A stretch of DNA of 64,000 nucleotides, from positions 64,001 to 128,000 of the forward strand of contig CBDDCK010000001.1 of the NCBI GenBank assembly GCA_965225855.1, read 5' to 3'. A program made the translations under genes and the position numbers. The stretch comes from Spirochaetia bacterium (GTDB lineage Bacteria > Spirochaetota > Spirochaetia > SP-2023). The notes under the pieces are model-generated. The model had not been told where the DNA came from, ran no database searches, and saw only the letters and a program-made list of their open reading frames with translations. Positions 1-8,641 of the stretch are shown here, in pieces; the stretch's first letter is position 1; every line of letters starts with the position of its first letter.

Positions 1-253
1 TGTTTGTATAAACAATCGCCGTGTGAATATTCCTTCTGTAACGCTTCGCGAAGGTGATATTATTAGCATGAAAAATAGCGATGTTTCGCGCAAATTAGTT
101 CGTGAAGCAATGGCAAATAGCTCTAGTAGCATTCCGGCTTGGTTGGAATTGAAGGTTGATGATTTGTGTTGTACGGTTAAGCGTGAACCAACACGCAAGG
201 ATATTCTTAGCATTGCCAACGAGCAAATGATTGTTGAATATTATTCCCGTTAA
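1..253 (+). CDS. rpsD: 30S ribosomal protein S4, 3' part (gene starts before the window)
   Basis: Translation ...RRVNIPSVTLREGDII...PAWLEL...ANEQMIVEYYSR matches the S4 RNA-binding domain and the conserved C-terminal NEQLIVEYYSR motif. Confidence 0.93.
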   Translation, partial: VCINNRRVNIPSVTLREGDIISMKNSDVSRKLVREAMANSSSSIPAWLELKVDDLCCTVKREPTRKDILSIANEQMIVEYYSR

Positions 254-262
254 TGATTTTGT

Positions 263-316
263 AGACCCAGGAATATAGTCTTGCTGTAAGGGCTGTATTC
301 CTAGGTTTTGGTTTTT
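263..316 (+). terminator. Probable intrinsic terminator of rpsD
   Basis: Stem AGGAATATAGTCTT (269-282) / AGGGCTGTATTCCT (289-302) with several G-U pairs, followed by T-rich sequence. Confidence 0.5.
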
Positions 317-486
317 AGTGAAGTTTTCATTTTTATATGGTAGTACGGGGTTGCTTGAGCTTTGCGCTGACCTTCCTTGCCTAAGTAAGAAAATTGTTTG
401 AATGGGATACTTTGGATTTTTAGCTAATTCTATGATATTTATCAATAAGCATTGTTTTTATTGATATTATAATCTATTTTTATTCT

Positions 487-2013
487 ATGAATGATAAAAC
501 TATTTTCCCTATATTTTTAGCTTCGTTGTTTCTTTTCTTGTTATTGAGTTGCTCCAGCACTGATGAACATGATCGTGCTGAATTGGTTGCTGAAGTTCCT
601 TTTTTACATATACCACCTTTGCTGGATACAGCCAAAGGTAAGGTTACTTTGCGTGCTCAAAAAGGGGAGCATCAAATAATTCCCGGTATTTTCAGTTCTA
701 GTATGGGTTATAATGGTTGGTTTTTAGGGCCAGCTATATTATTGCACAAAGGTAAACAGGCCCAAATTGAAGTGGTGAATGAGCTAGGGGAAGGAACTAC
801 TCTTCATTCTCATGGGGCTATTATTCCTGGTTCAGCAGATGGGGGCCCCAGTAAAATTATTGAAGCTGGTACTTCTTGGTTGCTCGAATTTACCGTCGAT
901 CAGCCGGCAGCAACGCTTTGGTTTCATCCCCATAAAATGGGGAGCACGGCTGCGCAAGTTTGGCAAGGTTTGGCTGGCCTATATATCGTCAGTGATCGAG
1001 ACATTGAAAACCTGCCTCTACCGAAGGATTATGGTAGAGATGATATTCCTATTGTGATTCAAGAACGTTACCTTGATGATCATGGCGAAATGTTGCCTTA
1101 TGAGGACGTTGCTTCTAATCATATGGCGGTGATGAATGGTGTGGGCGGTAATGCGATTTTGATTAATGGGCAGCTGCAGCCCAAATTAGACGCCGCTAGT
1201 GGTTGGTTGCGCCTACGCCTTTTAAATAGTTCTAATGCTAGCAGTTACCGTTTTAGTTTCTACAATCAGCAGCAGAAAAAGCCTATAAATTTTTATCGGA
1301 TTGCCACAGAACAAGGGCTTTTAAATAAGCCGGAAAAGCGAATGCACTTGGACTTGGCAACGGGTAGTCGCACGGAAGTTATGCTTGAATTGCCAAAACA
1401 AGCAGACACGATTCAGCTAGAATTGGCATTGTGGGATCGCAATCTCGATGCGCCCAGTCGGAATCGCTACCCCGTTATGAATATCGAAGTGAATCCCAAA
1501 CAAACGGCCAAAGGCCAATTGCCGGAAATACTGCATGATTCAGATGGTTCAGAACAACAGCAACGCATGATAGAATTGCAAACGATAGCAAACCAGCTCG
1601 CAGAAGCAAGCGAACAAAAAACCACACAACGGAATTTTGAGCTTCAAATGATGAACGGCTCAATGATGTCTCGAGATGGCGCATCACCATATAGTATTAA
1701 CGGCGATGCTTTTCAGGCAAATGCCATTAATTTTGATGTTTCTAAAGGCCGCTATGAAGTTTGGCGATTCACTACCGATATGCTTGGCCATCCGGTTCAC
1801 ATCCACGGTGTACAGTTTCGCATCTTAAAATCTGCCTGGCAACCACAAGGTAGCTCTGGTTGGCATGATACATTTACGATTCAAACGGAAGGCGAAGCAA
1901 TAGTTCTTCTTCGTTTTCCTGAAAATGCCGATGAGGAAAACCCTTACATGCTCCACTGCCACATGTTGGAACATGAAGAAGCGGGCATGATGGCTGCGTT
2001 TACTGTCAGCTAG
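487..2013 (+). CDS. Multicopper oxidase (CueO/SufI family), lipoprotein
   Basis: Copper motifs LHSHG, WFHPH, HPVHIHG and HCHMLEHEEAGMM; N-terminal lipobox LLLSC; no twin-arginine signal. Confidence 0.92.
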   Translation: MNDKTIFPIFLASLFLFLLLSCSSTDEHDRAELVAEVPFLHIPPLLDTAKGKVTLRAQKGEHQIIPGIFSSSMGYNGWFLGPAILLHKGKQAQIEVVNELGEGTTLHSHGAIIPGSADGGPSKIIEAGTSWLLEFTVDQPAATLWFHPHKMGSTAAQVWQGLAGLYIVSDRDIENLPLPKDYGRDDIPIVIQERYLDDHGEMLPYEDVASNHMAVMNGVGGNAILINGQLQPKLDAASGWLRLRLLNSSNASSYRFSFYNQQQKKPINFYRIATEQGLLNKPEKRMHLDLATGSRTEVMLELPKQADTIQLELALWDRNLDAPSRNRYPVMNIEVNPKQTAKGQLPEILHDSDGSEQQQRMIELQTIANQLAEASEQKTTQRNFELQMMNGSMMSRDGASPYSINGDAFQANAINFDVSKGRYEVWRFTTDMLGHPVHIHGVQFRILKSAWQPQGSSGWHDTFTIQTEGEAIVLLRFPENADEENPYMLHCHMLEHEEAGMMAAFTVS

Positions 2014-2032
2014 TTATCAAATTTTGATTAGC

Positions 2033-2164
2033 TTATTGGCAAGCTTCACAATCAGGGTCGCTTAGCACACAAAGTCGCACCTCCTGATTGTGTTCCAGCA
2101 TGTTTTCGCTCATAATGAAATCTTCCTCTTGCTGCTCAAGATCATCCCAATCCAACATGTTCAT
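2033..2164 (-). CDS. Unannotated 43-aa peptide carrying an NrdA-type C-terminal redox-cysteine tail (MNMLDWDDLEQQEEDFIMSENMLEHNQEVRLCVLSDPDCEACQ)
   Basis: Hand translation: ATG at 2164-2162, TAA at 2035-2033, RBS-like GAGGGG at 2179-2174; ends in C-x3-DPDCEACQ, typical of NrdA C-termini. Confidence 0.75.
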   Translation of the reverse strand: MNMLDWDDLEQQEEDFIMSENMLEHNQEVRLCVLSDPDCEACQ

Positions 2165-2243
2165 TTTTTATTTCCCCTCACTTTACTTTTTTATATTCTT
2201 CGACTGTTAGCTAGAGCTTCTCAAATATTTTTTGTATAAAATT

Positions 2244-4586
2244 TTAATTCCCCCCTATAGATATTGATTTTTCTGTAGATGTTGCACCTAGTCCGCGTAA
2301 ATAATACGTTGTTTTTAAGCCACGTAACCAAGCTATACGATAGGTTATATCAATTTTTTTTCCGTTAGCCTGCCCCATATAAATATTGAGAGACTGGGCT
2401 TGGTCAATCCATTTTTGCCTGCGGGCTGCAGCTTCTATTGTCCAGCGTGGGTCTAATTCAAAAGCGGTTAAATATCTTTGTTTAAGTTCTTCGGGAATAG
2501 ACTCGATATGCTGCACGCTGCCACCTGAACGTTTGAGCTTTTCCAGTAGCTCATTGGTCCACAAGCCCAAGGCACGCAATTCTGCCACTAAATAACGGTT
2601 AATGATGGTAAATTCTCCCGACAAGTTGGACTTGACGTAGACATTTTGAAAAGTGGGCTCTATAGATTGGCTAACTCCGACAATATTGGATATTGTTGCT
2701 GTAGGGGCAATTGCCATCACGTTAGAATTTCGCATACCTTCACGTACTTTTTGCCGCAATTCAGACCAATCCAAATTTTGACTGCGGTCGAGTTCTAAAT
2801 AATCCTCACCACGATTTTGGGCTAGTAATTCAATACTGTCAATAGGCAGTATACCTTGGTGCCATAGTGAATTGACAAAAGTTTTATAGCTCCCTCGCTC
2901 TTTGGCCAAATTGTGTGAAGCTTCAATCGCATAGTAGGAAATCCATTCAACAGAATTATCGGCAAATTGAACTGCCTCCTCCGAGCTAAAAGAAATACCC
3001 AATTTATACAGTGCATCTTGAAAACCCATCATGCCCAGACCGACTGGACGGTGTTGCATATTACTTTGGCGGGCTTTGTCTACAGCGTAATAATTAATAT
3101 CAATTACATTGTCTAACATTCGCATGGCCGTGCGAATAGTTTGCCGCAGCTTATTTTTTTGCAACTCGCCATTTTCAATATGCGCTGCCAAATTGATAGA
3201 ACCCAAATTACAAACCGCTATTTCTTTGTCGTTGGTATTTAAGGTAATTTCTGTACAAAGATTTGATGAATGCACTTGGCCAACGTGTTGTTGTGGGTTG
3301 CGCAAGTTGCAAGGGTCTTTAAAAGTCATCCATGGGTGCCCCGTTTCAAATAACATGGATAGGATTTTGCGCCACAAGGTTACAGCTTCCAACTTTTTGT
3401 GCCATAATTTTCCATCTACAGCCAACACTTGGTATTCTGCGTATCGCTCTTCAAATGCACGACCGTAAAGGTCGTGTAGGTCGCTGACATCGGAAGGGGA
3501 AAATAAAAACCACGGGCCGTTTTCTAATACTCGTTTTACTAGCAAATCTGGTACCCAAATTGCGGTATTCATATCGTGGGTACGGCGGCGTTCGTCTCCA
3601 GTATTTTTGCGCAGCTCTATAAACTCTTCAATATCCAAATGCCAAACTTCTAAGTAAGCGCAAGTGGCTCCTTTGCGCTTCCCACCTTGGTTTACAGCTA
3701 CCGCTGTATCGTTTACGACTTTTAAAAACGGAACAACCCCTTGGCTTTTACCATTGGTTCCTTTGATATGCGACCCCATAGCCCTAACGGGCGTCCAATC
3801 GTTGCCCAAGCCGCCAGCCCATTTCGATAACATAGCGTTGTCATGGATTGCATTAAAAATACCGTCCAGATCATCGGGTACGGTAGTTAAATAACAAGAT
3901 GATAATTGAGAATGCAGAGTACCTGAATTAAACAAAGTTGGGGTTGAGGTCATATAGTCAAAACTAGAAATTAAATTATAAAACTCAATAGCCCTTTGTG
4001 TGGGTTGCTGTTCTTGCAAAGCAAGCCCCATGGCCACACGCATAAAAAATATTTGGGGCAGCTCTAAGCGAACATTGTCTTGATTTAAGAAATAACGGTC
4101 GTAGAGAGTTTGCAATCCGATATATTGAAATTGCAGATCACGTTCTGGTTTTAGGGCATCGGCGAGTGTTTCTAAGTCAAAACGAGTTGCCATTTCTGGT
4201 GTTAGCAATTCCGCTTCAATACCTTTTGGGATATATACGAGGAAAATTTGTCTATAAATATCTTTTAAATTTTGTTGATTGGAAAGGTCTATATCTTGGA
4301 TATGATAAGCTTTGCGAATGTCTTCTGAAAATAATTTGTACAGCAGCAACCTAGCCGCAACATAACTATAATTGGGTTCCCGCTCAACTAATGTGCGGCT
4401 ATTGATTAGCAAGGCCGTATGCAATTCTGATTGGGTAATGCCTTTGTATAGACTGCGCAGCGTGTTGTTTAGAATTTCTTGGCCATCAACTCTGGCCACA
4501 TCTTGCACTGCATAGTGAATGATTTCCTGTATTAGATTTGTGTCAAAAGATTGATTTTCTCTTAATAGAGATTTGTCTACAAGCAT
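2244..4586 (-). CDS. nrdA: Ribonucleoside-diphosphate reductase class Ia alpha subunit, lacking the C-terminal cysteine tail
   Basis: TPTLFNSG, QLSSCYL, SSNLCTEI (radical Cys), VCNLGS, APTATIS and KTTYYLR motifs; N-terminus resembles a single degenerate ATP-cone; ends ATSTEKSISIGGN with no Cys pair. Confidence 0.95.
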   Translation of the reverse strand: MLVDKSLLRENQSFDTNLIQEIIHYAVQDVARVDGQEILNNTLRSLYKGITQSELHTALLINSRTLVEREPNYSYVAARLLLYKLFSEDIRKAYHIQDIDLSNQQNLKDIYRQIFLVYIPKGIEAELLTPEMATRFDLETLADALKPERDLQFQYIGLQTLYDRYFLNQDNVRLELPQIFFMRVAMGLALQEQQPTQRAIEFYNLISSFDYMTSTPTLFNSGTLHSQLSSCYLTTVPDDLDGIFNAIHDNAMLSKWAGGLGNDWTPVRAMGSHIKGTNGKSQGVVPFLKVVNDTAVAVNQGGKRKGATCAYLEVWHLDIEEFIELRKNTGDERRRTHDMNTAIWVPDLLVKRVLENGPWFLFSPSDVSDLHDLYGRAFEERYAEYQVLAVDGKLWHKKLEAVTLWRKILSMLFETGHPWMTFKDPCNLRNPQQHVGQVHSSNLCTEITLNTNDKEIAVCNLGSINLAAHIENGELQKNKLRQTIRTAMRMLDNVIDINYYAVDKARQSNMQHRPVGLGMMGFQDALYKLGISFSSEEAVQFADNSVEWISYYAIEASHNLAKERGSYKTFVNSLWHQGILPIDSIELLAQNRGEDYLELDRSQNLDWSELRQKVREGMRNSNVMAIAPTATISNIVGVSQSIEPTFQNVYVKSNLSGEFTIINRYLVAELRALGLWTNELLEKLKRSGGSVQHIESIPEELKQRYLTAFELDPRWTIEAAARRQKWIDQAQSLNIYMGQANGKKIDITYRIAWLRGLKTTYYLRGLGATSTEKSISIGGN

Positions 4587-4680
4587 AACCGTCCCCCCCT
4601 AAATTACCTTGATTAAAAATTTTTTGACTGCATTATCCAAATCCAATCGCTACTTTTTTATTCACAACGATAAAACCACA

Positions 4681-4739
4681 ACCACAATATATTGTGGTTT
4701 CTCTACCATTTATTGGGTAAAACATACAACATATTGCGC
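4681..4739. promoter_or_regulatory. Tandem NrdR boxes upstream of nrdA
   Basis: Perfect palindrome ACCACAATATATTGTGGT (4681-4698), plus CCATTTATTG (4706-4715) and CAACATATTG (4727-4736); centres 21 bp apart; fits the NrdR consensus acaCwAtATaTwGtgt. Confidence 0.85.
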
Positions 4740-4969
4740 TACTATGATAAGAATCGTGGGTAAACTGTCAAGCAATCAAGACGGAAAATCCCATAAAAAC
4801 TATAATTGACTTAAAACAATATAATTAAGATTTTTATAGTTTTTATTATATTTAAATTAAAATAGATACTTTAAATAACTTCATTTAAATCATAGAATAT
4901 TCTCCATTTAATTTAGAGAAATTTTTGAGTCATAAATTTTTTTATTTGCGCTAGATTGAGGAGGTTATT

Positions 4970-5716
4970 TTGTTTGGCTTTGTTAGGGATTTTTTTCATA
5001 TTTTTGTAAATAACGATAAGATAAAAAAGCAGCAAAAACAATTATGCCTGAAAATTTTATTTTGTTTGTTGTTAGGGTTTCATTTCCAGCAGCCATTAAC
5101 TGCTAGAAAAATTCCGAATAAAACGGTAGAGAAAGCTGCTAGAAGCGCGTCCAGCTTACTATCCTTACAGCGTAGCCCATTTTTTGATTCTTTAGGGATT
5201 CAACTAGGCGTAGCCTATGGCCACAATGAAGTAAAAAATTTAAAATCTTGGAGGGGCTTGATCTTTGGTGGTGGTATTGTTAGCGATCTCCATATTTTCC
5301 GTGAGACTTGGCTAAAAATGGGTTTGGGTTTGAATTTACAAGCAGAATTTTATTTTTTGCCGGAAAATGAAAAACCTTTTTATTTAGCTGAAGAGGGTTA
5401 TTTGCGTTTGTTGTCCCTGCGTTTTGAAAATCGCTTGAGTTTTTTTCCAGTAGATTTTTTATATTTTGGGCCCGGGGTGGCATTATCGGTAAACCTAACA
5501 GGTTCATTGGGTGATGCTGAACGCGGGGAAATCAAAACATATGAGAGCTTCCTAATACCCTATATTACATTTCATGTTGGCTATAAACATCGAAAACCTA
5601 TTTTGCAAAGCATTCGGTGGGCTGTTGGACTAGATGGCAGGATTACTGTAAATAATGAAGCCCATTTTGAATTGGGTGCTCGAATCAGTTTTACCTATCA
5701 ATTTAGCAAAAAATGA
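4970..5716 (+). CDS. Hypothetical protein, probable outer-membrane beta-barrel
   Basis: GAGGAGG RBS before the TTG; signal-like hydrophobic segment; amphipathic strands; C-terminal strand GARISFTYQF. Confidence 0.6.
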   Translation: MFGFVRDFFHIFVNNDKIKKQQKQLCLKILFCLLLGFHFQQPLTARKIPNKTVEKAARSASSLLSLQRSPFFDSLGIQLGVAYGHNEVKNLKSWRGLIFGGGIVSDLHIFRETWLKMGLGLNLQAEFYFLPENEKPFYLAEEGYLRLLSLRFENRLSFFPVDFLYFGPGVALSVNLTGSLGDAERGEIKTYESFLIPYITFHVGYKHRKPILQSIRWAVGLDGRITVNNEAHFELGARISFTYQFSKK

Positions 5717-6756
5717 GAATTTTTATGCCCGTAGTATTAGCAAATTATACAAATTTATTTTGTAAAAAAATTTTTTACTGGTTTGGTGTTTTCTTGCTGT
5801 TGATTCTATTTTTCAGTTGTTCGCAAGAGGGCTCTCCGTTTACTGTAGATGCGGCTAACCATTCTCCCTTTGGGGTTCATACACGCCAAATTTTGAACAG
5901 CTTGCGCTATTTGCCAGATGACCCTGCTGATATGAGTGCTAGCGACCTCAAATTTTTCCGCAACAAGCCTTGGGTTGTGATAGAGGCCATCAGTTCAAAA
6001 TTTACACCTAAATACGGTAAGGCTAACGATTTTTACCAAGATTTTGACATCCGCATGAGCCACATGAAATATTTGATACACACAAGGGCCTTTGCCGACG
6101 AGATAGTAGAACGAGGTTTTGCCATGTCTGAGAAAAAGTCTAGGCCCTTTGCTCTCAAAGAACAAGAGCTTCGCTCCTCTATATATCGCAAGCTGGATAC
6201 TGAATTTCACATTCATCCGCTAGAAATACTTTTGCTATTGCGCAATATGCATTACAAGCTACGAGTTGCAAATAAGGCTAACTACCATGCTCATACGTAT
6301 AGAGCACTTCTTGGCAAAATGGGGCGCTTTGAGCCTAAAATCCCCTTTACGGGTTGGGACCCGATTAAAGGATTTGGCACTCGGGGCGCAGCACGGCAAT
6401 ACTCTAAAATCCCCTTTACAGGTTGGGACCCGATTAAAGATGGTGGCTTTAAACCAGAGCAAATTGTTTGGCTCAACAGTACAAAAGTTATTCCAGATCT
6501 TATGATTCATGAAATATTGCATAACTGGGGCTATAACCATACGCCTCTAAATCAAGACCTTGATGCTCCTTATAGGGTCCAACTTGCTATCCTTAAGATT
6601 TATATTGTTGATAACCCCCCCAGAAAAAAACTTTATGAACAGCACAGTAAAAGCGGAAAGTTACCGACCATTTTTAATGTCAAAAAAACAGCAAAATTGA
6701 CTACGAAATATGACCAACCCAAGCCAAAGCCAAAGTCAAAAAACAGGCAAAATTGA
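5713..6756 (+). CDS. Putative lipoprotein zinc metalloprotease (metzincin-like)
   Basis: Lipobox LFFSC; HEILHNWGYNH fits HEXXHXXGXXH; ATGA overlap with the upstream gene. Confidence 0.7.
   Translation: MRIFMPVVLANYTNLFCKKIFYWFGVFLLLILFFSCSQEGSPFTVDAANHSPFGVHTRQILNSLRYLPDDPADMSASDLKFFRNKPWVVIEAISSKFTPKYGKANDFYQDFDIRMSHMKYLIHTRAFADEIVERGFAMSEKKSRPFALKEQELRSSIYRKLDTEFHIHPLEILLLLRNMHYKLRVANKANYHAHTYRALLGKMGRFEPKIPFTGWDPIKGFGTRGAARQYSKIPFTGWDPIKDGGFKPEQIVWLNSTKVIPDLMIHEILHNWGYNHTPLNQDLDAPYRVQLAILKIYIVDNPPRKKLYEQHSKSGKLPTIFNVKKTAKLTTKYDQPKPKPKSKNRQN
6335..6439 (+). repeat. Two 36-bp direct repeats (one mismatch) separated by 33 bp, in frame within the metalloprotease gene
   Basis: CTAAAATCCCCTTTAC(G/A)GGTTGGGACCCGATTAAAG at 6335-6370 and 6404-6439; encodes KIPFTGWDPIK twice. 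Confidence 0.9.
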
Positions 6757-6793
6757 CTACGGAACATGACAGGCCCTAAAATTTTAACTCTAT

Positions 6794-7610
6794 TTAGAAG
6801 AGTTGATGGTCTTTAGTCCAATCTCGGCTTTCAAACCAATAGAGGCTTTTTTCTTCTAAAAATTTATTGCGCCAATTTTCTTCTATCCAACTATTTACAT
6901 AGTCGAGTAGTTTGGGATCGACATTTTTAGGCAATGCAAAGGCTACGTCATCTTTTTGCAAATTACGGCCCCATTCTGGTATGTACAATAATTCTGGTGC
7001 CGATTCTAAATGTGCTACAGCTTCAATGCTGGTGGTAATAAAAGCATCGGCCTGACCGTTGAGCAAATCTTGGATAGAAAGCCCATCATCATCAAAAGAT
7101 TTTAACTGTGCTTTGGGGAATAGCTTTCGGGTCAATGATATGGGCGTGGAACCTGTACGGCCGACAAAGCGATAGTCTTCACTGTTTAAACTTTCTAGCG
7201 AAGTAGCATTTATATTTTTGTTGAGCAATAAAAAAAATTTGACATATTCATATGGTTTAGAAAATGTTACTTGTTTTGCTCGTTCAGGGGTTATCGACAT
7301 TCCGCCGATGATAATATCAAATTTACCAAGGAGTAGAGCAGGGATAATACCAGCCCATGCGGTTGGAACTAATTCTAACTCAAGGTTCATATCTTTAGCT
7401 AATTTTGTCGCCACATCTATTTCAAAGCCAATCCATTGGCCATCGCTATTTTGCATCGCCCATGGATTAAAGGAAGAAAGCCCCACTTTTAGGACCTCTC
7501 TGGCACGGATTTTTTCTAATCCAGATTCAGGTGTTTTCTTCTGGGCACAACTGGGCCAATAATACGGTTATAGCAATGCATAATGTTGCGTAGCGAAAAT
7601 GTGAAAACAT
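6794..7610 (-). CDS. Polar amino-acid ABC transporter substrate-binding lipoprotein, with a 1-nt frameshift near 7553
   Basis: SBP_bac_3 motifs (GFEIDVA, WAGIIPALLLGKFDII, TPERAKQVTFSKPY). ATG at 7610 with GGGAG RBS gives a signal peptide that is out of frame by one base. Confidence 0.85.
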
Positions 7611-7657
7611 AACAATGAACTCCCTGTGTTGTCTATAAAATTTGAATTTTAAAAAAA

Positions 7658-8641
7658 TTAACGAATTTGGTAGTGTTTTACAAAACGGCTAGCGATATAT
7701 GAGCACAAGCTGGTAAGCAAAAAATAAAGTAATAGCATAATAATGGAACTTTCCACAAAGGCCCTAGTTGTCGTTATGATTTGTCTACTGCGAAATGTTA
7801 GCTCTTGAATGGAAATTAGCGAAACAATAGATGAATCTTTAATAGCTGAAACAAACTGGTTTGTCAATGCCGGCAGCTGGGCTCGGAAAATTTGAGGAAG
7901 AATGACCAATAGGTAATTTTGCCACGGAGTAAGCCCCAAAGAAAAAGCCGCATCATGCTGGCTCTTTGGTATGGCTTGAATCCCCGCCCGTATAATTTCG
8001 GCAATATAGGAACCTTGGTAAATTCCGAGTATCGTAATTGCGGAAAAGAAATTGCCCAATATTAAATTGTTTTGGCCACTGCCCATATCAAAGAAAAAGC
8101 CAAGCCAACTACGCATGTTTGCTGAAGCATTGCGGCTAAGCGATTCCAATCCCAACCAATCGATTAGCGGGGAGGCAAAGAAAAAGTAAAAAATGGTTAC
8201 AATTACTAATGGTGGAATATTGCGAATAAGCTCGACATAAAATTGGCCTAATAAACGGAGAAAGCCTAATTTTTGCACCTGTAATATTCCTACTGGTACA
8301 CCAATGATAATTCCAGTAATGATGCTATACAGTGCTAGTTTTATAGTACTCAACAAACCTTCTAAAATAGGCCCTGCTTGCAGTTTGCCATTGGAATCGC
8401 TCAAGAAAAAAAATTGAAAAACGCGCTGCCAATTCCAATGGTATTGCAGCTCACTTTTTGCTTCTTCAAAGTAACGCGAGAAATTAAATACAATCAAAAA
8501 AAGTAATAACCATACCAGTAGATCGCGCCAACCCAAACTTAGTGAAGAAAATGGAGTAGCAAAGCTGTGCTTGATTTTTGCCGAATACCCAATAGGCTTT
8601 ATGAGTGGTTTCATAGGTGGCTTTTTTGGAAAGTTAAACAT
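7658..8641 (-). CDS. Amino-acid ABC transporter permease (HisM/GlnP family)
   Basis: YVELIRNIPPLV, AEIIRAGIQAIPKSQ and IKDSSIVS motifs; likely start ATG 8641 after GGAGGA. Confidence 0.9.
   Translation of the reverse strand: MFNFPKKPPMKPLIKPIGYSAKIKHSFATPFSSLSLGWRDLLVWLLLFLIVFNFSRYFEEAKSELQYHWNWQRVFQFFFLSDSNGKLQAGPILEGLLSTIKLALYSIITGIIIGVPVGILQVQKLGFLRLLGQFYVELIRNIPPLVIVTIFYFFFASPLIDWLGLESLSRNASANMRSWLGFFFDMGSGQNNLILGNFFSAITILGIYQGSYIAEIIRAGIQAIPKSQHDAAFSLGLTPWQNYLLVILPQIFRAQLPALTNQFVSAIKDSSIVSLISIQELTFRSRQIITTTRAFVESSIIMLLLYFLLTSLCSYIASRFVKHYQIR

Noticed and set aside
2165..2260. Single frameshift or read-through joining nrdA to its tail via the G6 run
   Set aside because: Every minus-strand frame in the gap has more than one stop, including a TAA just upstream of the small ORF's ATG
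6335..6439. CRISPR array
   Set aside because: Only two repeats, in frame within a coding gene, with no leader and no cas genes in the window; kept as a repeat finding
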